A DNA stretch of 64,000 nucleotides from Acidobacteriota bacterium (GCA_963664705.1 OY761556.1:3456001-3520000); one strand, 5' to 3'. Positions 22,000 to 32,489 are shown, counted from the stretch's first letter. Numbers and translations are program-made. The notes: generated from the sequence alone by a model not told the origin.

Positions 22000-24831
22000 A
22001 TGGATGCTGCTATCATCGGTCTAATCGCTCAAGAAACTTCCATACCGGAAAGTTCTGTCGCCGTCACAATATCTCTTTTTGAAAAAGGGGCCACCGGTCC
22101 TTTCGTCGTCCACTATCGGAAAGAAGCAACCGGTGGGCTGGACGAGGCAAAGGTCCGATCAATCCAGGAACGCATGGCCTATTACCGCGAAGTGTACGAC
22201 CAGCGCGCTGCACTTCTCAAATCCTTGTCGGAACAAGGCAAACTAACCGACGAGCTGCGGGCCAAGATTGAAGGCTGCTTTACCAAAGCCGAACTGGACG
22301 ATCTGCACCACCAGTTCCGGCCGCGCAAAAAAACGCGCGCCGCCGAGGCTCTGGAAAAAGGCCTGGAACCGCTCGCTGAATACTTCTGGAATCAAGAGGC
22401 TGACGCCTGGGGCGTTGATGAACATATCAACGTTTTCGTGGACCCGGCCAAGGGAGTTGCCACGCGCGAACAGGCACTTCAGGGTGTCGTCGACATCATT
22501 GCGGAGTGGGTCTGGGCAAATTCGGGCTACCGCAAGGCTCTACGCGAAATGCTGTGGAATGAGGGCCAGGTAGTTTCCAATGTCGTGCCGGCGAAAGTGG
22601 GCCAGAAGACAAAATACAACATGTATTACGAACGGAAGGAATCCGTCACATCGATTCCCTCCCACCGTGTACTGGCGATACGCCGCGGCTGCAAAGAAGG
22701 GATTCTTATCTCTTCTATTGAAGGGGACACGACCAAACCCATCGAATTCCTGCTGAATACCGTCCTTAAGGACAAGGAATCGGTTTTTGCGCCAATTCTG
22801 GAAGCCGCGGTACGGGAAAGCTATAACCGTATCCTGCGGTCCTTGATCGAAACGGAAGTGCGGACGCAACTCAAGGAGCGCGCGGATAGAGAAGCGATCC
22901 GGGTGTTCCAGGAAAACCTCGCAAACCTGCTTCTCTCGCCGCCTGCCGGGCCTATCATCGTGATGGGAGTCGATTGGGGAAAAGGCGATGAATGCAGCAT
23001 CGCGGTTGTCAATGAAGCGGGAGCCTACCTCGAAGGCGCTAAAGTGCGTTTTACCCCCGCCGCCAAACCTGCGGCCAGGCCGGAGAAGAAGTCGGCTGAA
23101 CCGGCGGTAGTGGAATCACCCGCGCCAGCCCCGTCCGAAGATGTCCCGGAAAGCCAGGCCAGCGTTGAAGCCCCTGCGGCCGAATCGGCGGTGGAGGTTC
23201 CTGGAACAGAAACGGCACCACCGGAAACCGCTGTCGAAAATACCCCGGCATCGGAGCCTGCGGAAAGTGCCGCTGTAATGGAAACAGCGCCAGTCGAGCC
23301 TTTGATTGTGGAAATATCCGCGCCCGCAAGTGAAGCGCCCGTTGAAGCTACACCCGAGCCGGAAGCCGTGCCCGAGCCTGCCGCCACTACCGCAGAGGAA
23401 AACACCCCTGCTTCGGTTATGGCCGAGGCAAGCCGAATTATTCGAGACCTGATCAGGAAATACAACGTACAGGCCATATCCATTGGTACCGGTACCGGCG
23501 CGAGGGAACTCGAAACGGCAATGCACCAGATTGTCTCGGAAGAAAATCTGGGTGATATTTTGATAGCCGCGGTAAACGACGCTGGCATCGCTATCTACTC
23601 TTCTTCCAGAATTGCCCGAGAGGAATTCCCTGACTGGAGCGCCTCCGCGCGTTGTGCCGTAAGCCTGGCTCGGCGTCTGCAAGACCCGCTTGCGGAATTG
23701 GTAAAGATCGATCCCAAGCTGATCGGCGTTGGACAGTACCAGCATGATGTCGATCAGAAAGAGCTTCACCGCGGCCTGCTGCAAACCGTTCAATACTGCG
23801 TGAACAAGGTGGGAGCCAACGTCAATACAGCTGGCGAATCGCTGTTGCGCTACATCTCCGGTCTCAATGAAAAACTCGCCCGACGGATAGTCGCATACAG
23901 AACGGCTCAGGGACCATTCCGGTCGCGCGCCGCAATCATGTCCGCCGTCGGAATGGATGAAGCAACCTACACCCAAGCCGCGGGCTTCCTCCGTATTACC
24001 GACGGAGAGAATGCGCTGGATCGCACAGCCGTGCATCCGGAGGCATACCCGATCGTTGAGAAGATGGCCGCAACAGTAAGCGTGGCTGTCTCGGAGCTGG
24101 TCGGAAATAGAGAGCTGATTTCCTCTCTGAAGCTGGACGAATACGCGACCGAAACCGTCGGAATGCCGACTCTCCACGATATAAAGGAAGAGCTGCTGCG
24201 TCCCGGACGCGATCCCAGAAAGAGCTTCAAAATCCCCAAATTCAGGGCGGATGTCAAGGAGATGTCCGATCTGCAGCCGGGAATGGCGCTGGAAGGAACG
24301 GTTACCAACGTCACCAATTTCGGCGCTTTCGTCGATATCGGCGTTCGCCAGGACGGTCTCGTGCACCTCAGCCAGATGTCCAACCGTTTCATCAGGGATC
24401 CACGCGAAGCGGTTAAGGTTGGCGATGTCGTCCAAGTCAAAGTCATCTCTGTTGAGCCGGAAACCAAGCGCATCGGGTTATCGATGAAGGCATTGCTCCC
24501 CGCCATCCAGAGGAGACGCAAGAAGCAGCAGCGGCGGCCGCAAAGGCCCGCCGCACCCGTTCGAACCAAAGAAGCGGCTCCGGCGTCAACCGCTGGCGCG
24601 GAAGCAGTCCCCGCTCCACCTGCTGCAGAAAGAAGACCATCTCCTGCCCCTCGTCAAAAACCACCCAGGAGACGTCCTGAAGGGCAGCCTCGTCAGCGTG
24701 ACAAGGAAACTCGAAAGCCGGAAAAAATCCAGGAACAGGAGAAACCGGAGGAAACCGGACCGAAGGCCCCAGAGCCTTCTCTCCAGGAAAAGATCGCGAT
24801 TCTACAGTCGAAGTTTCGCGGTATCAATTAG
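22000..24831 (+). CDS. tex: Tex-family RNA-binding transcription accessory protein with a low-complexity insertion
   Basis: YRKEATGGLDE, PSHRVLAIRRG, ARRLQDPLAELVKIDPK.IGVGQYQHD, S1 domain (FGAFVDIGV.QDGLVH). Confidence 0.92.
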   Translation: MDAAIIGLIAQETSIPESSVAVTISLFEKGATGPFVVHYRKEATGGLDEAKVRSIQERMAYYREVYDQRAALLKSLSEQGKLTDELRAKIEGCFTKAELDDLHHQFRPRKKTRAAEALEKGLEPLAEYFWNQEADAWGVDEHINVFVDPAKGVATREQALQGVVDIIAEWVWANSGYRKALREMLWNEGQVVSNVVPAKVGQKTKYNMYYERKESVTSIPSHRVLAIRRGCKEGILISSIEGDTTKPIEFLLNTVLKDKESVFAPILEAAVRESYNRILRSLIETEVRTQLKERADREAIRVFQENLANLLLSPPAGPIIVMGVDWGKGDECSIAVVNEAGAYLEGAKVRFTPAAKPAARPEKKSAEPAVVESPAPAPSEDVPESQASVEAPAAESAVEVPGTETAPPETAVENTPASEPAESAAVMETAPVEPLIVEISAPASEAPVEATPEPEAVPEPAATTAEENTPASVMAEASRIIRDLIRKYNVQAISIGTGTGARELETAMHQIVSEENLGDILIAAVNDAGIAIYSSSRIAREEFPDWSASARCAVSLARRLQDPLAELVKIDPKLIGVGQYQHDVDQKELHRGLLQTVQYCVNKVGANVNTAGESLLRYISGLNEKLARRIVAYRTAQGPFRSRAAIMSAVGMDEATYTQAAGFLRITDGENALDRTAVHPEAYPIVEKMAATVSVAVSELVGNRELISSLKLDEYATETVGMPTLHDIKEELLRPGRDPRKSFKIPKFRADVKEMSDLQPGMALEGTVTNVTNFGAFVDIGVRQDGLVHLSQMSNRFIRDPREAVKVGDVVQVKVISVEPETKRIGLSMKALLPAIQRRRKKQQRRPQRPAAPVRTKEAAPASTAGAEAVPAPPAAERRPSPAPRQKPPRRRPEGQPRQRDKETRKPEKIQEQEKPEETGPKAPEPSLQEKIAILQSKFRGIN

Positions 24832-24947
24832 CGCTTGGGGTGTTTGGGGGTAGAGCGCGGCCTGTTATATACTAGTCGTTTAGTTTTGTAGCAATTATTC
24901 GGTTGTCGTTTTATTAGCGATCCGTTGCATTTGGGGAGCAGGCACGC

Positions 24948-25640
24948 ATGCGCGAGAGTGAATACTTTGACGTTCTCTGTAACACTGCGGACGGCGTTTA
25001 CATTGTTGATGCCAATAAGCATATCGTCCGGTGGAATAAAGCAGCCGAGAAACTGCTTGGATATTCGGAAAGCGATGTCTTGGATCGCGAGTGCTATCAG
25101 GTCATTGAGGGCAAGACCTCACCGGAAAAGACCCTTTGCAGCCAACACTGCAAGATCCATGCAGGCGGATTGAAAGGCTCTCCCCAGAAGAATTTTGACG
25201 TCTGTACCCGCACAAGCGAAGGCGAACCAATCTGGCTGAACATAAGCATCATATCTCCTCCTGATGCCTCAACCCCATTTCTTGCCCATATCGTCCGGGA
25301 TATCACCAAAGAGAAGAGGACGGGGATGGCTTTGGATCGATTCATGGCCGACTTGGGAAGCCACTCGCTAAGTCCGAGCATCAGTGCTGAATCGATTGCA
25401 GGCAGGGGGATGGGCGATAACGGATACACGGCATCGAATCGGCCCTCCGTCACCTTATCGAGCAGAGAAATCGAGGTACTGACCCTGCTTGCTGAGGGGC
25501 TTTCAACCAAGGGATTGGCGGAAAAGCTGGAAATCAGCCATTTCACTGCCAGAAACCACATTCAAAACATCCTTGTGAAGCTCAATTTGCACAGTAAGGC
25601 ACAGGCAGTATCGTACGCCTTCAAAAAAGGGATTCTGTAA
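24948..25640 (+). CDS. PAS domain plus LuxR-type HTH transcriptional regulator
   Basis: PAS (DGVYIVD...WNKAAEKLLGY); LSSREIEVL.LLAEG...ISHFTARNHIQNIL.KL. Confidence 0.92.
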   Translation: MRESEYFDVLCNTADGVYIVDANKHIVRWNKAAEKLLGYSESDVLDRECYQVIEGKTSPEKTLCSQHCKIHAGGLKGSPQKNFDVCTRTSEGEPIWLNISIISPPDASTPFLAHIVRDITKEKRTGMALDRFMADLGSHSLSPSISAESIAGRGMGDNGYTASNRPSVTLSSREIEVLTLLAEGLSTKGLAEKLEISHFTARNHIQNILVKLNLHSKAQAVSYAFKKGIL

Positions 25641-25657
25641 TCCTAGAGCAGGTTGTC

Positions 25658-27928
25658 ATGCAGGTTACGCCCTCGATAGGATTATTGTCCGAACTGCATA
25701 GGACTGCATCCTGGCAGCCCGATGCCTCCCGCACCCCGATTGAACATCTCGTCGAGTTTCTGCTGACCGGAACAATTGCCTCCAATGCATCCGCGGACAT
25801 ACAGGGCTATGCCGAAGAAGCCATGCATCTCGATCTTCGAGGTATCCGTGTGGCGATACTCGGAGGCGGAACGGGTCTATCCACGATTGTGGGCGGCAAT
25901 TCCCAGATGGCAGACTGGCCGGATCAGCCCTGTGTCGGGATCAAGCAGGAATTTGCGAACCTGCATATCGTTGTTTGTACGACAGACGATGGCGGCTCCA
26001 CGGGCCGGCTGCTGAAATCCCTCCCGCTGATAGGCATCGGAGATCTGCGAAAGCTCCTGCTTTCCTCAATCCAACCAGCGAATCTTCAACGGCGGTACGA
26101 TCTGCATGAGCCGGAAGCAGCAGACCTGATCCGCCTGATTCACAACCTGTTTAATTATAGATTTCCGGATGGCCACCTTGGCTCAGGATGGCTGGAAGAC
26201 CCGCTGGCTGTGGCGGCGCCGGTTCTCAGGAATGCCTGTCCTAAATCGATGACCGCCGCATTGCGGGAACTGGGCAAACACATTTCCCCTGGAGGCAAGG
26301 GCCCGACGATTGTCCCGGCGGGACACTCAATGGGAAATCTCCTCCTCGCGTCAGCGATATTCCTGAAGGCCCGCGGCCAAACAAAGCGGGCACCCGGTCT
26401 GGGCCAGATACAAGCGGGGATCGATCATGTGGCCGCCATTATTGGGACTCCGCCGGGAAGGATACATGCCGCAACAGCTGCACCCGGGCAACTGAAATTC
26501 CTTTATGCCAACGGCGTCGAAGTGTACGGTCAAAGCAAATCGGCGCGAATTCGGCGTAATTCGCCCGTGGATCGCGTGACCGCCGAATTTATCAGTGCGC
26601 CGGTTGTCAGTTCAACCGTGCAGAATGCAATCCGGCAGGCCGATCTGATTATCTACGCACCAGGCAGTCTGTATACCAGCATTATCCCGATTCTGCAGCT
26701 CGAACCGATTACTTCTGCCATCCGCGCCAACACCGGAGCACTGAAGGTGCTCGCCGCCAATTCCTGGATTCAGGAGGGAGAGACAGATATCTCACTCAAA
26801 AACCAGGGCCGCGGTTTCCTTGTCTCGGAATTAATCGAAGCTTACGACCGTAATGTACCGGATGGAATTGAAGGCCTGTTTGACGTGGTATTGAGCGCCA
26901 ACCTGGAACGCATCCCCGGGAACATTCTGCGCAATTACGCCTTGGAAGGGAAAAGCCCGATTCACATGGATCGGGCGCGTGTGGAATCGATGGGCTACCG
27001 TCCGGTGGAGGCCACTCTCTTTTCTTCGGAACATGAGAAGAAAACGCAGGTAATTCACCACGACGCGAGACGATTTATGCTCGCCGTCCGCACACTTTTA
27101 TATGCAGACCGCTGCCTTCAGAATCGCAAAGGATACTCGCTGAGGCATATCCCCAGGCGAAGGAAATCGTCCCGTGCAGGCTTGCGTGATCAATGCTCAA
27201 AGAAGCCCGCTAACCATCGAGGGATCGTCCTTTGTGATTACCTCCGATCGATTGAGAACAGCCTGGAGCGCAAGGAATTCCAGCCACCCGGCCTGCGGGA
27301 GTTTCTGATTGAACTGGCATGGGAAAATAGGGACATCCGGCCGTCCCATCTCGAATATTTCAGGGGCGCTGTCATTATTTCTGCCCATGATTGGAACCGC
27401 AACACTGAATGGGATAACGTACTTGGGTATTATGACCCGGGCGATCAATACCTGAAACTACACGCGGATCTGCTGGGCTTGCCATCGAAAATCCGGGAAG
27501 ACGTCCTGGTGGCCCTGGGAGAATCCCTGCTGGGTCGCTATCAGCATCTTGATCAACGGCGCTGGATTGACCAGCACGGGGCACGATCCTATGAAATCGT
27601 TCTCCAAAAGGCATCCGAGCGGAATTGTTTCCTGAACGACCTGCAGCTCCACACTTTTTTAAAGCTGGCCCGGATGACGCAGGATCGCGCAGATCCGTTG
27701 AAATACCGGATTACCATCAACAATAACGAGGGATTCCTCCCTCCCGGCTTATTGTTCGGCCTTCTGTATGCGTGGTACCTCTGTGGCGGCGGCCTGACCA
27801 TGGATTATGAAATGTCGCTTCTGAAATGGCCGTTGAGAAGCCTCATTCCGCTTCACGCCAAGGACCGGATACGGAAAGAAGCATTGGTCACGTTTTTTCG
27901 AACGGAGATTTTTGGACACACAAAGTAG
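25658..27928 (+). CDS. YvcK/CofD (UPF0052) family protein with a long C-terminal extension
   Basis: LGGGTGLS, TDDGGSTGRL, GDLR, GHSMGNL, APGSLYTSIIP, HHD; about 275 extra C-terminal residues. Confidence 0.85.
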   Translation: MQVTPSIGLLSELHRTASWQPDASRTPIEHLVEFLLTGTIASNASADIQGYAEEAMHLDLRGIRVAILGGGTGLSTIVGGNSQMADWPDQPCVGIKQEFANLHIVVCTTDDGGSTGRLLKSLPLIGIGDLRKLLLSSIQPANLQRRYDLHEPEAADLIRLIHNLFNYRFPDGHLGSGWLEDPLAVAAPVLRNACPKSMTAALRELGKHISPGGKGPTIVPAGHSMGNLLLASAIFLKARGQTKRAPGLGQIQAGIDHVAAIIGTPPGRIHAATAAPGQLKFLYANGVEVYGQSKSARIRRNSPVDRVTAEFISAPVVSSTVQNAIRQADLIIYAPGSLYTSIIPILQLEPITSAIRANTGALKVLAANSWIQEGETDISLKNQGRGFLVSELIEAYDRNVPDGIEGLFDVVLSANLERIPGNILRNYALEGKSPIHMDRARVESMGYRPVEATLFSSEHEKKTQVIHHDARRFMLAVRTLLYADRCLQNRKGYSLRHIPRRRKSSRAGLRDQCSKKPANHRGIVLCDYLRSIENSLERKEFQPPGLREFLIELAWENRDIRPSHLEYFRGAVIISAHDWNRNTEWDNVLGYYDPGDQYLKLHADLLGLPSKIREDVLVALGESLLGRYQHLDQRRWIDQHGARSYEIVLQKASERNCFLNDLQLHTFLKLARMTQDRADPLKYRITINNNEGFLPPGLLFGLLYAWYLCGGGLTMDYEMSLLKWPLRSLIPLHAKDRIRKEALVTFFRTEIFGHTK

Positions 27929-28022
27929 CATGCAGATGAACTTGAGGCCTGTGGCGGCGCCATTGCACCGGTTCGTATGCCGACCCGCGCCAATCCCCGC
28001 AAGCCAGTAAGAAAGGTGAAAA

Positions 28023-28850
28023 ATGGAAATTCGAATCGCACATAGCCCTGATTCCGACGATGCTTTTATGTTTTATGCGTTGGCAAAGGAAAAGATTCCA
28101 AGCGGCAAGTTCCAGTTCAGCCATACACTCCAGGATATCGAGACTCTCAACCGGAAGGCCCTGAACGGCGTATACGAAATCACGGCGATCTCATTCCACG
28201 CCTACGCGTACATCGCGGACAAATATGTTCTGCTCCCCTCGGGAGCCAGCATGGGGGATCGGTACGGCCCGATGATTGTAGCCAGGGAACCGTGGGGTCA
28301 GGATCAATTGAAGGGGAAGAAGATCGCCATCCCCGGCACAATGACAACGGCCTATCTTGCGCTGAAGCTGTTTCAGCCCGATTTTGAGAGCATCGTTATC
28401 CCCTTTGACCAGATCATGGCCGCCGTTGAAGAGAAGAAGGTTGACGCAGGCTTACTGATCCACGAAGGACAGCTGACCTATGCCGAGCACCATTTGCATA
28501 AAATTGTGGATTTGGGAGAATGGTGGTACGACAAGACGCGACTGCCTCTGCCTTTGGGCGGCAACGTCATCCGAAGAGATATCGGGAAAGAAGATATCCG
28601 GGAGATATCCAGGCTGTTAAGGGAGAGCATCCAATACGCATTGGATCACAGACAGGAAGCTTTGGCCTACGCGATGCAGTTTGCCCGGGATCTGGACACA
28701 AAAACAGCCGACCGCTTTGTCGGAATGTATGTAAACGAAAGAACCCTGACCTATGGCGATGAGGGACGGCTTGCCGTTCAAACCCTTTTCGACCATGCCT
28801 TCCAGGCAAACCTGTTCCCTTCCCGCATTGTTGCTGAATTTACGGATTAG
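28023..28850 (+). CDS. mqnD: 1,4-dihydroxy-6-naphthoate synthase (futalosine menaquinone pathway)
   Basis: [41 protein letters not shown]. Confidence 0.9.
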   Translation: MEIRIAHSPDSDDAFMFYALAKEKIPSGKFQFSHTLQDIETLNRKALNGVYEITAISFHAYAYIADKYVLLPSGASMGDRYGPMIVAREPWGQDQLKGKKIAIPGTMTTAYLALKLFQPDFESIVIPFDQIMAAVEEKKVDAGLLIHEGQLTYAEHHLHKIVDLGEWWYDKTRLPLPLGGNVIRRDIGKEDIREISRLLRESIQYALDHRQEALAYAMQFARDLDTKTADRFVGMYVNERTLTYGDEGRLAVQTLFDHAFQANLFPSRIVAEFTD

Positions 28851-28870
28851 GAAAATCCGCCATTTTTGCA

Positions 28871-28907
28871 AAATCGGTGACCGGAGTCCATTGGCCGGCC
28901 ACCGATT
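28871..28907 (+). terminator. Hairpin after mqnD
   Basis: Stem aaatcggtg(a)ccgg / ccgg(c)caccgattt followed by a T-rich tail. Confidence 0.5.
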
Positions 28908-28953
28908 TCTTATCTGGCATCCCGGATCGGCCCTTTTTGCCCAAGTCCGGCAT

Positions 28954-28982
28954 TTGACGTCTCCCAAACCGGGTATTATATT
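28954..28982 (+). promoter_or_regulatory. Sigma70 promoter (TTGACG-17 nt-TATATT) for the FmdB-family gene
   Basis: Near-consensus hexamers with a 17-nt spacer; GGAGG RBS at 29002. Confidence 0.65.
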
Positions 28983-29014
28983 ATCTTTTCAATTTTGTGA
29001 CGGAGGTGTGGCCA

Positions 29015-29302
29015 GTGCCGATTTACGAGTATCAATGCACAACATGCGGCGAGGTCTTCGAGGCATTTCAGAAGATCACGGATGAGCCGTTGACTGCGTG
29101 CAAGTTTTGCCAGGCCAGGGTAGAGAAACTGATCAGTCATTCAAGCTTCCAGCTGAAAGGAAGCGGATGGTATCTCACGGATTATGCCCGGAGATCCTCA
29201 AGCCCGGCAGCAGACAAACCCAAGAGCAGTGAAAGCGCAACCGAAACCAAGAGCGCGCCCGAGACTAAGAGCGCCGAAAAGAGCACCGAAAGCAAAACAT
29301 GA
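29015..29302 (+). CDS. FmdB-family zinc-ribbon protein
   Basis: [27 protein letters not shown]; Ser/Lys/Glu-rich tail; GTG start after GGAGG. Confidence 0.92.
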   Translation: MPIYEYQCTTCGEVFEAFQKITDEPLTACKFCQARVEKLISHSSFQLKGSGWYLTDYARRSSSPAADKPKSSESATETKSAPETKSAEKSTESKT

Positions 29303-29796
29303 TTCCGGAGCACGGAACTATGCAGTTTTCCACCCCTCAGAGAAGCCTGATTTTTCAGGCTATGGATGAAGCGGAGGAACGCACCAGCGGGTACTACTGC
29401 ATTCCACCGTTTCGATGGGAGCAACTGCATTTCGATCTCCTGACCCAGGCCGATCACGGCTGGGAGCCATTACCGGAACCTACACTAGCCCGAGTCCGTT
29501 GCCTGCAGCGAGTCAACCGGAACCGGGCTTTTGATTTTTATAGAATCGAGCTGAACGACCGCAGCATTCTGGAGGCGGCTCATCGGGAAGAACTGACCAC
29601 CAACCTCTACCCGTTTTTTGTTTACATCCTTACCCATGAAATGGTCCACATGGTTCGTCTCAGCAGCATCCTGGATGAACCGGAGACGCGGGCATTCTGC
29701 AACGAAACCGAGGAAAAGCGGGTTCAGCGTATTTCACGAGGTATTCTGGAGGGCTCACTGCATTTCAAGCCGGTCCTGGACAAATTCTGCAGCTAG
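29299..29796 (+). CDS. Hypothetical protein with HExxH (zincin-like) motif
   Basis: [12 protein letters not shown] plus downstream EE; ATGA overlap with the FmdB gene. Confidence 0.75.
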   Translation: MIPEHGTMQFSTPQRSLIFQAMDEAEERTSGYYCIPPFRWEQLHFDLLTQADHGWEPLPEPTLARVRCLQRVNRNRAFDFYRIELNDRSILEAAHREELTTNLYPFFVYILTHEMVHMVRLSSILDEPETRAFCNETEEKRVQRISRGILEGSLHFKPVLDKFCS

Positions 29797-29828
29797 ATTT
29801 GCCGAAGCATTACCCCCGGCAATCCTTT

Positions 29829-30959
29829 TTATTCGTCGTCAGATTCGGGATGCATCACAATCGAAGCAATCTCAAGTGTGCGGGAAAGGTCTTCTTCACC
29901 TTCGCAGGTTGAAAACCCCAGATTGACTCCAATTTTGTTCCGCTCCTCGATCCGATCCGCCTGCCATTGATGGAAGGCTTCGCGCAAAACGCGCACGCGA
30001 GCCGGCAGGATCTCGGAAGAGACGCCTGGCATAAACACCAGCAACTCCCTTTCTCCGTTGAACAGCACCGATTCCTTCCCCTCCAATACGCTCTGAAGCC
30101 GCAGGCGGATCTCCCGAACTGCTTCGCGTGGAAGGAGCTGCTTCCGTCCGTAAACATCTTCTGTGCTGAATTCAAGAAGCGCGACGGAGTAAACCTCCGG
30201 AGGATGCTGGGCATCGGCAGGCATCACGGAAGGCGCTGCTGCAGGAATCAGCAGGCTCCCTCCTTTGTGAAGGAATCTCAAGTGGGCAACCAGGCTTCCG
30301 AGTATTTTGAGAACGCGGATGTGGTTTTCATGGAAATAGCTCGGGAGCGAATGGCTGAGCACAAGAAAGCCAACCGGCGTATTGCTCAGGAGAATAGGCA
30401 GGCACAAAACGGACCGGACGACCGCGGGAAAATCCACGGACATGAATCGCTCTTCTTTGTATATGTCCGGTATATTCAGGCATTCCGACCCGGCTTCGGC
30501 AGCCATGAGAGACAGTTCCTGCTCGAACTTCTTGCTTCCCAGCAGGCTTGTTGAGGAATGGATGCGGATAAACTTGCGATCCTCGCGGATCCCCTCAAGG
30601 CAGAGCGTGCCATCGCTGTCTGGAAACAGGAGACTGCAGTAATCGCCATTGAAGTCCTGCAGAGTGCAGTCAACAATCTGTGAGCATATTTCCTGAAAAT
30701 CGGCCTTCTCTTTAATGCTCTCGACAATGCGGTAGAATCCCGAGAGGGAACCTATGTTCTGTTCGAGAAGTTTATTGACTTCGCTGACCGCGTTCCGGTA
30801 GCTGTTGATGATTCGATGATACAGATTCCTCTCATCGGCAAGCGCATCCGCTTCCAAAGGCTCGTCGGCGGAAGCCATTTTCTTGATCTCCGAGAAGTTC
30901 TTCGCATCGTTGATCAGGATGGCCTCTATCTGACTGCGGATTCTTTCCTCTATCTCCAT
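29829..30959 (-). CDS. GAF domain protein with a degenerate GGDEF-like C-terminus
   Basis: Coiled coil, GAF (RSVLCLPI...VGFLVL, F.E.HIR.L) and C-terminal FNGERELLV...NLGFS; start taken at MEIEERI. Confidence 0.7.
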   Translation of the reverse strand: MEIEERIRSQIEAILINDAKNFSEIKKMASADEPLEADALADERNLYHRIINSYRNAVSEVNKLLEQNIGSLSGFYRIVESIKEKADFQEICSQIVDCTLQDFNGDYCSLLFPDSDGTLCLEGIREDRKFIRIHSSTSLLGSKKFEQELSLMAAEAGSECLNIPDIYKEERFMSVDFPAVVRSVLCLPILLSNTPVGFLVLSHSLPSYFHENHIRVLKILGSLVAHLRFLHKGGSLLIPAAAPSVMPADAQHPPEVYSVALLEFSTEDVYGRKQLLPREAVREIRLRLQSVLEGKESVLFNGERELLVFMPGVSSEILPARVRVLREAFHQWQADRIEERNKIGVNLGFSTCEGEEDLSRTLEIASIVMHPESDDE

Positions 30960-30978
30960 GAAAAGCCTCGTCTCGATG

Positions 30979-31857
30979 CTATGAGGAAATCTTAAAAAAG
31001 CGCTCGATGTTTTCGCGTTCCTGAACGGCAAACTCCGTCAGGTGTTTGTATTCCGATTCCGTCACATCGAGTTTCGATTGAATCTGGGATAGGCCTTCAC
31101 TGAGGCCGTCATCGCCATCATAGCCGATCTTTAATCCCTTTGCCAACAGGTCAGCCAGCGCAACCGCACTGATCATGGGCGTTTCCAGTGCCAACGGATC
31201 ATGGTGTCTGCGGATCACAGTTGCCAATTCGGGAGGAAATCCCCATTGCTTTGCAAGCATCTCGCCAATCATTGCGTGATCGGCTCCATAATTTTCCTGT
31301 TCGTAGATTGAAATTGACGGGTCATTTTCCGATTTCGCAATGGCAAATATTGAGCTGTAATGGCCCGGATAGGTTTTAAAAAGTACAACCTTCCCCAAGT
31401 CATGGAGCAGGCCGCATAAAAATGCAAACTCCCCTTCTTTTGCCCTGCCGCTGCGACGAGTCCATATCTCTTTAACCAGGACAGCGACCGCACAGGAATG
31501 CGTCCACAGACCGCTGATAAAGGCCGCTTCCGATTTGGCACCTTTTGTGAAGGAATCAAAGATATTAATGCCGATGGCCAGGCTCGTCACCAGGTTCATT
31601 CCAAGGAGCGTTATTGCATGGGATATTGTCTTTACCTCAGCCCGGAATGAATAAAACGCGGAATTGGAGAGCCGCAGAATCCGCGCGGAAAGCGCCGGAT
31701 CATGCAGGATCAGCTCTTCGAGTTCCCGGGCAGTCCTGCTGTCATCGTCCAATGCGCGGATGATCCGGATCAGGACAAGCGGAATACTTGGGATCTCAAA
31801 GCTTTTGTTCGCTGAGAACGGTGTGGGTTTAGGAGATGTGCACACAGAAGTATTCAT
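30979..31857 (-). CDS. HDOD domain protein
   Basis: IPSIP, DPALSARILRLSNSAFY, LWTHS, LLHDLGK, DHAMIG..LA.QWGFP, HH. Confidence 0.93.
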   Translation of the reverse strand: MNTSVCTSPKPTPFSANKSFEIPSIPLVLIRIIRALDDDSRTARELEELILHDPALSARILRLSNSAFYSFRAEVKTISHAITLLGMNLVTSLAIGINIFDSFTKGAKSEAAFISGLWTHSCAVAVLVKEIWTRRSGRAKEGEFAFLCGLLHDLGKVVLFKTYPGHYSSIFAIAKSENDPSISIYEQENYGADHAMIGEMLAKQWGFPPELATVIRRHHDPLALETPMISAVALADLLAKGLKIGYDGDDGLSEGLSQIQSKLDVTESEYKHLTEFAVQERENIERFFKISS

Positions 31858-32057
31858 TCGAAATCCTGTCTAGGTACTTTTCGTTCAAATCCGACAGAAT
31901 CTTTAAATATGTTGATCGCAGCATCCCGAAAACCGCTTCAAGGCTGTATCTTCGGCATGCACAGAGACTTAGATGAAACAGAGTCAGGCTTCGGATGCCG
32001 CACGGCGCTCCTGGCTGCCACAACTGGGCAAATTGGCATCGGAAGGGAGGTTTAAAG

Positions 32058-32489
32058 CTATTCGCTCTTGGCGATAAAGCGTAGGAAATCGACGGTCGTG
32101 ATTATCCCGATAACATGTCGATCCCCATCCAATACCGGCAAACAACCGACTCCATGGGACAGCATCAATTGTGCCGCTTCCGACAGGCTGATATCGCCGG
32201 TGGCCGAAATAACTTGCCTCGTCATGATTTGGTGGACATGCCGGCTTAAGGTCGCCCGGTCCGCATTGTTTTCAGACAGCGTTCCTATCCTGGGACTGAT
32301 AAAGTACCGAAGGTCCCGATCAGTTACCATTCCTGCCAGGCACTTATTCTCATCAACAACGGGAAGATGCCGAATTCGTCGGGAGGCGCACAATTCCATC
32401 GCGCTGCCCAAAGTGAGATCCATATCGATGCTAACCACATCGCGCGCCATCACAGAATCGAGTCGTTGTTCCCGCACTATATCCTTCAT
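32058..32489 (-). CDS. CBS-pair domain protein
   Basis: IRHLPVVD...GMVTDRD and VGCLPV...GIITTVD. Confidence 0.93.
   Translation of the reverse strand: MKDIVREQRLDSVMARDVVSIDMDLTLGSAMELCASRRIRHLPVVDENKCLAGMVTDRDLRYFISPRIGTLSENNADRATLSRHVHQIMTRQVISATGDISLSEAAQLMLSHGVGCLPVLDGDRHVIGIITTVDFLRFIAKSE

Noticed and set aside
23116-24435. Long antisense or alternative-frame ORFs (also 9383-10690, 38641-39609, 44245-45135, 51510-52451 and others)
   Set aside because: They overlap well-supported genes and show no recognisable motifs; expected shadow ORFs in GC-rich DNA.
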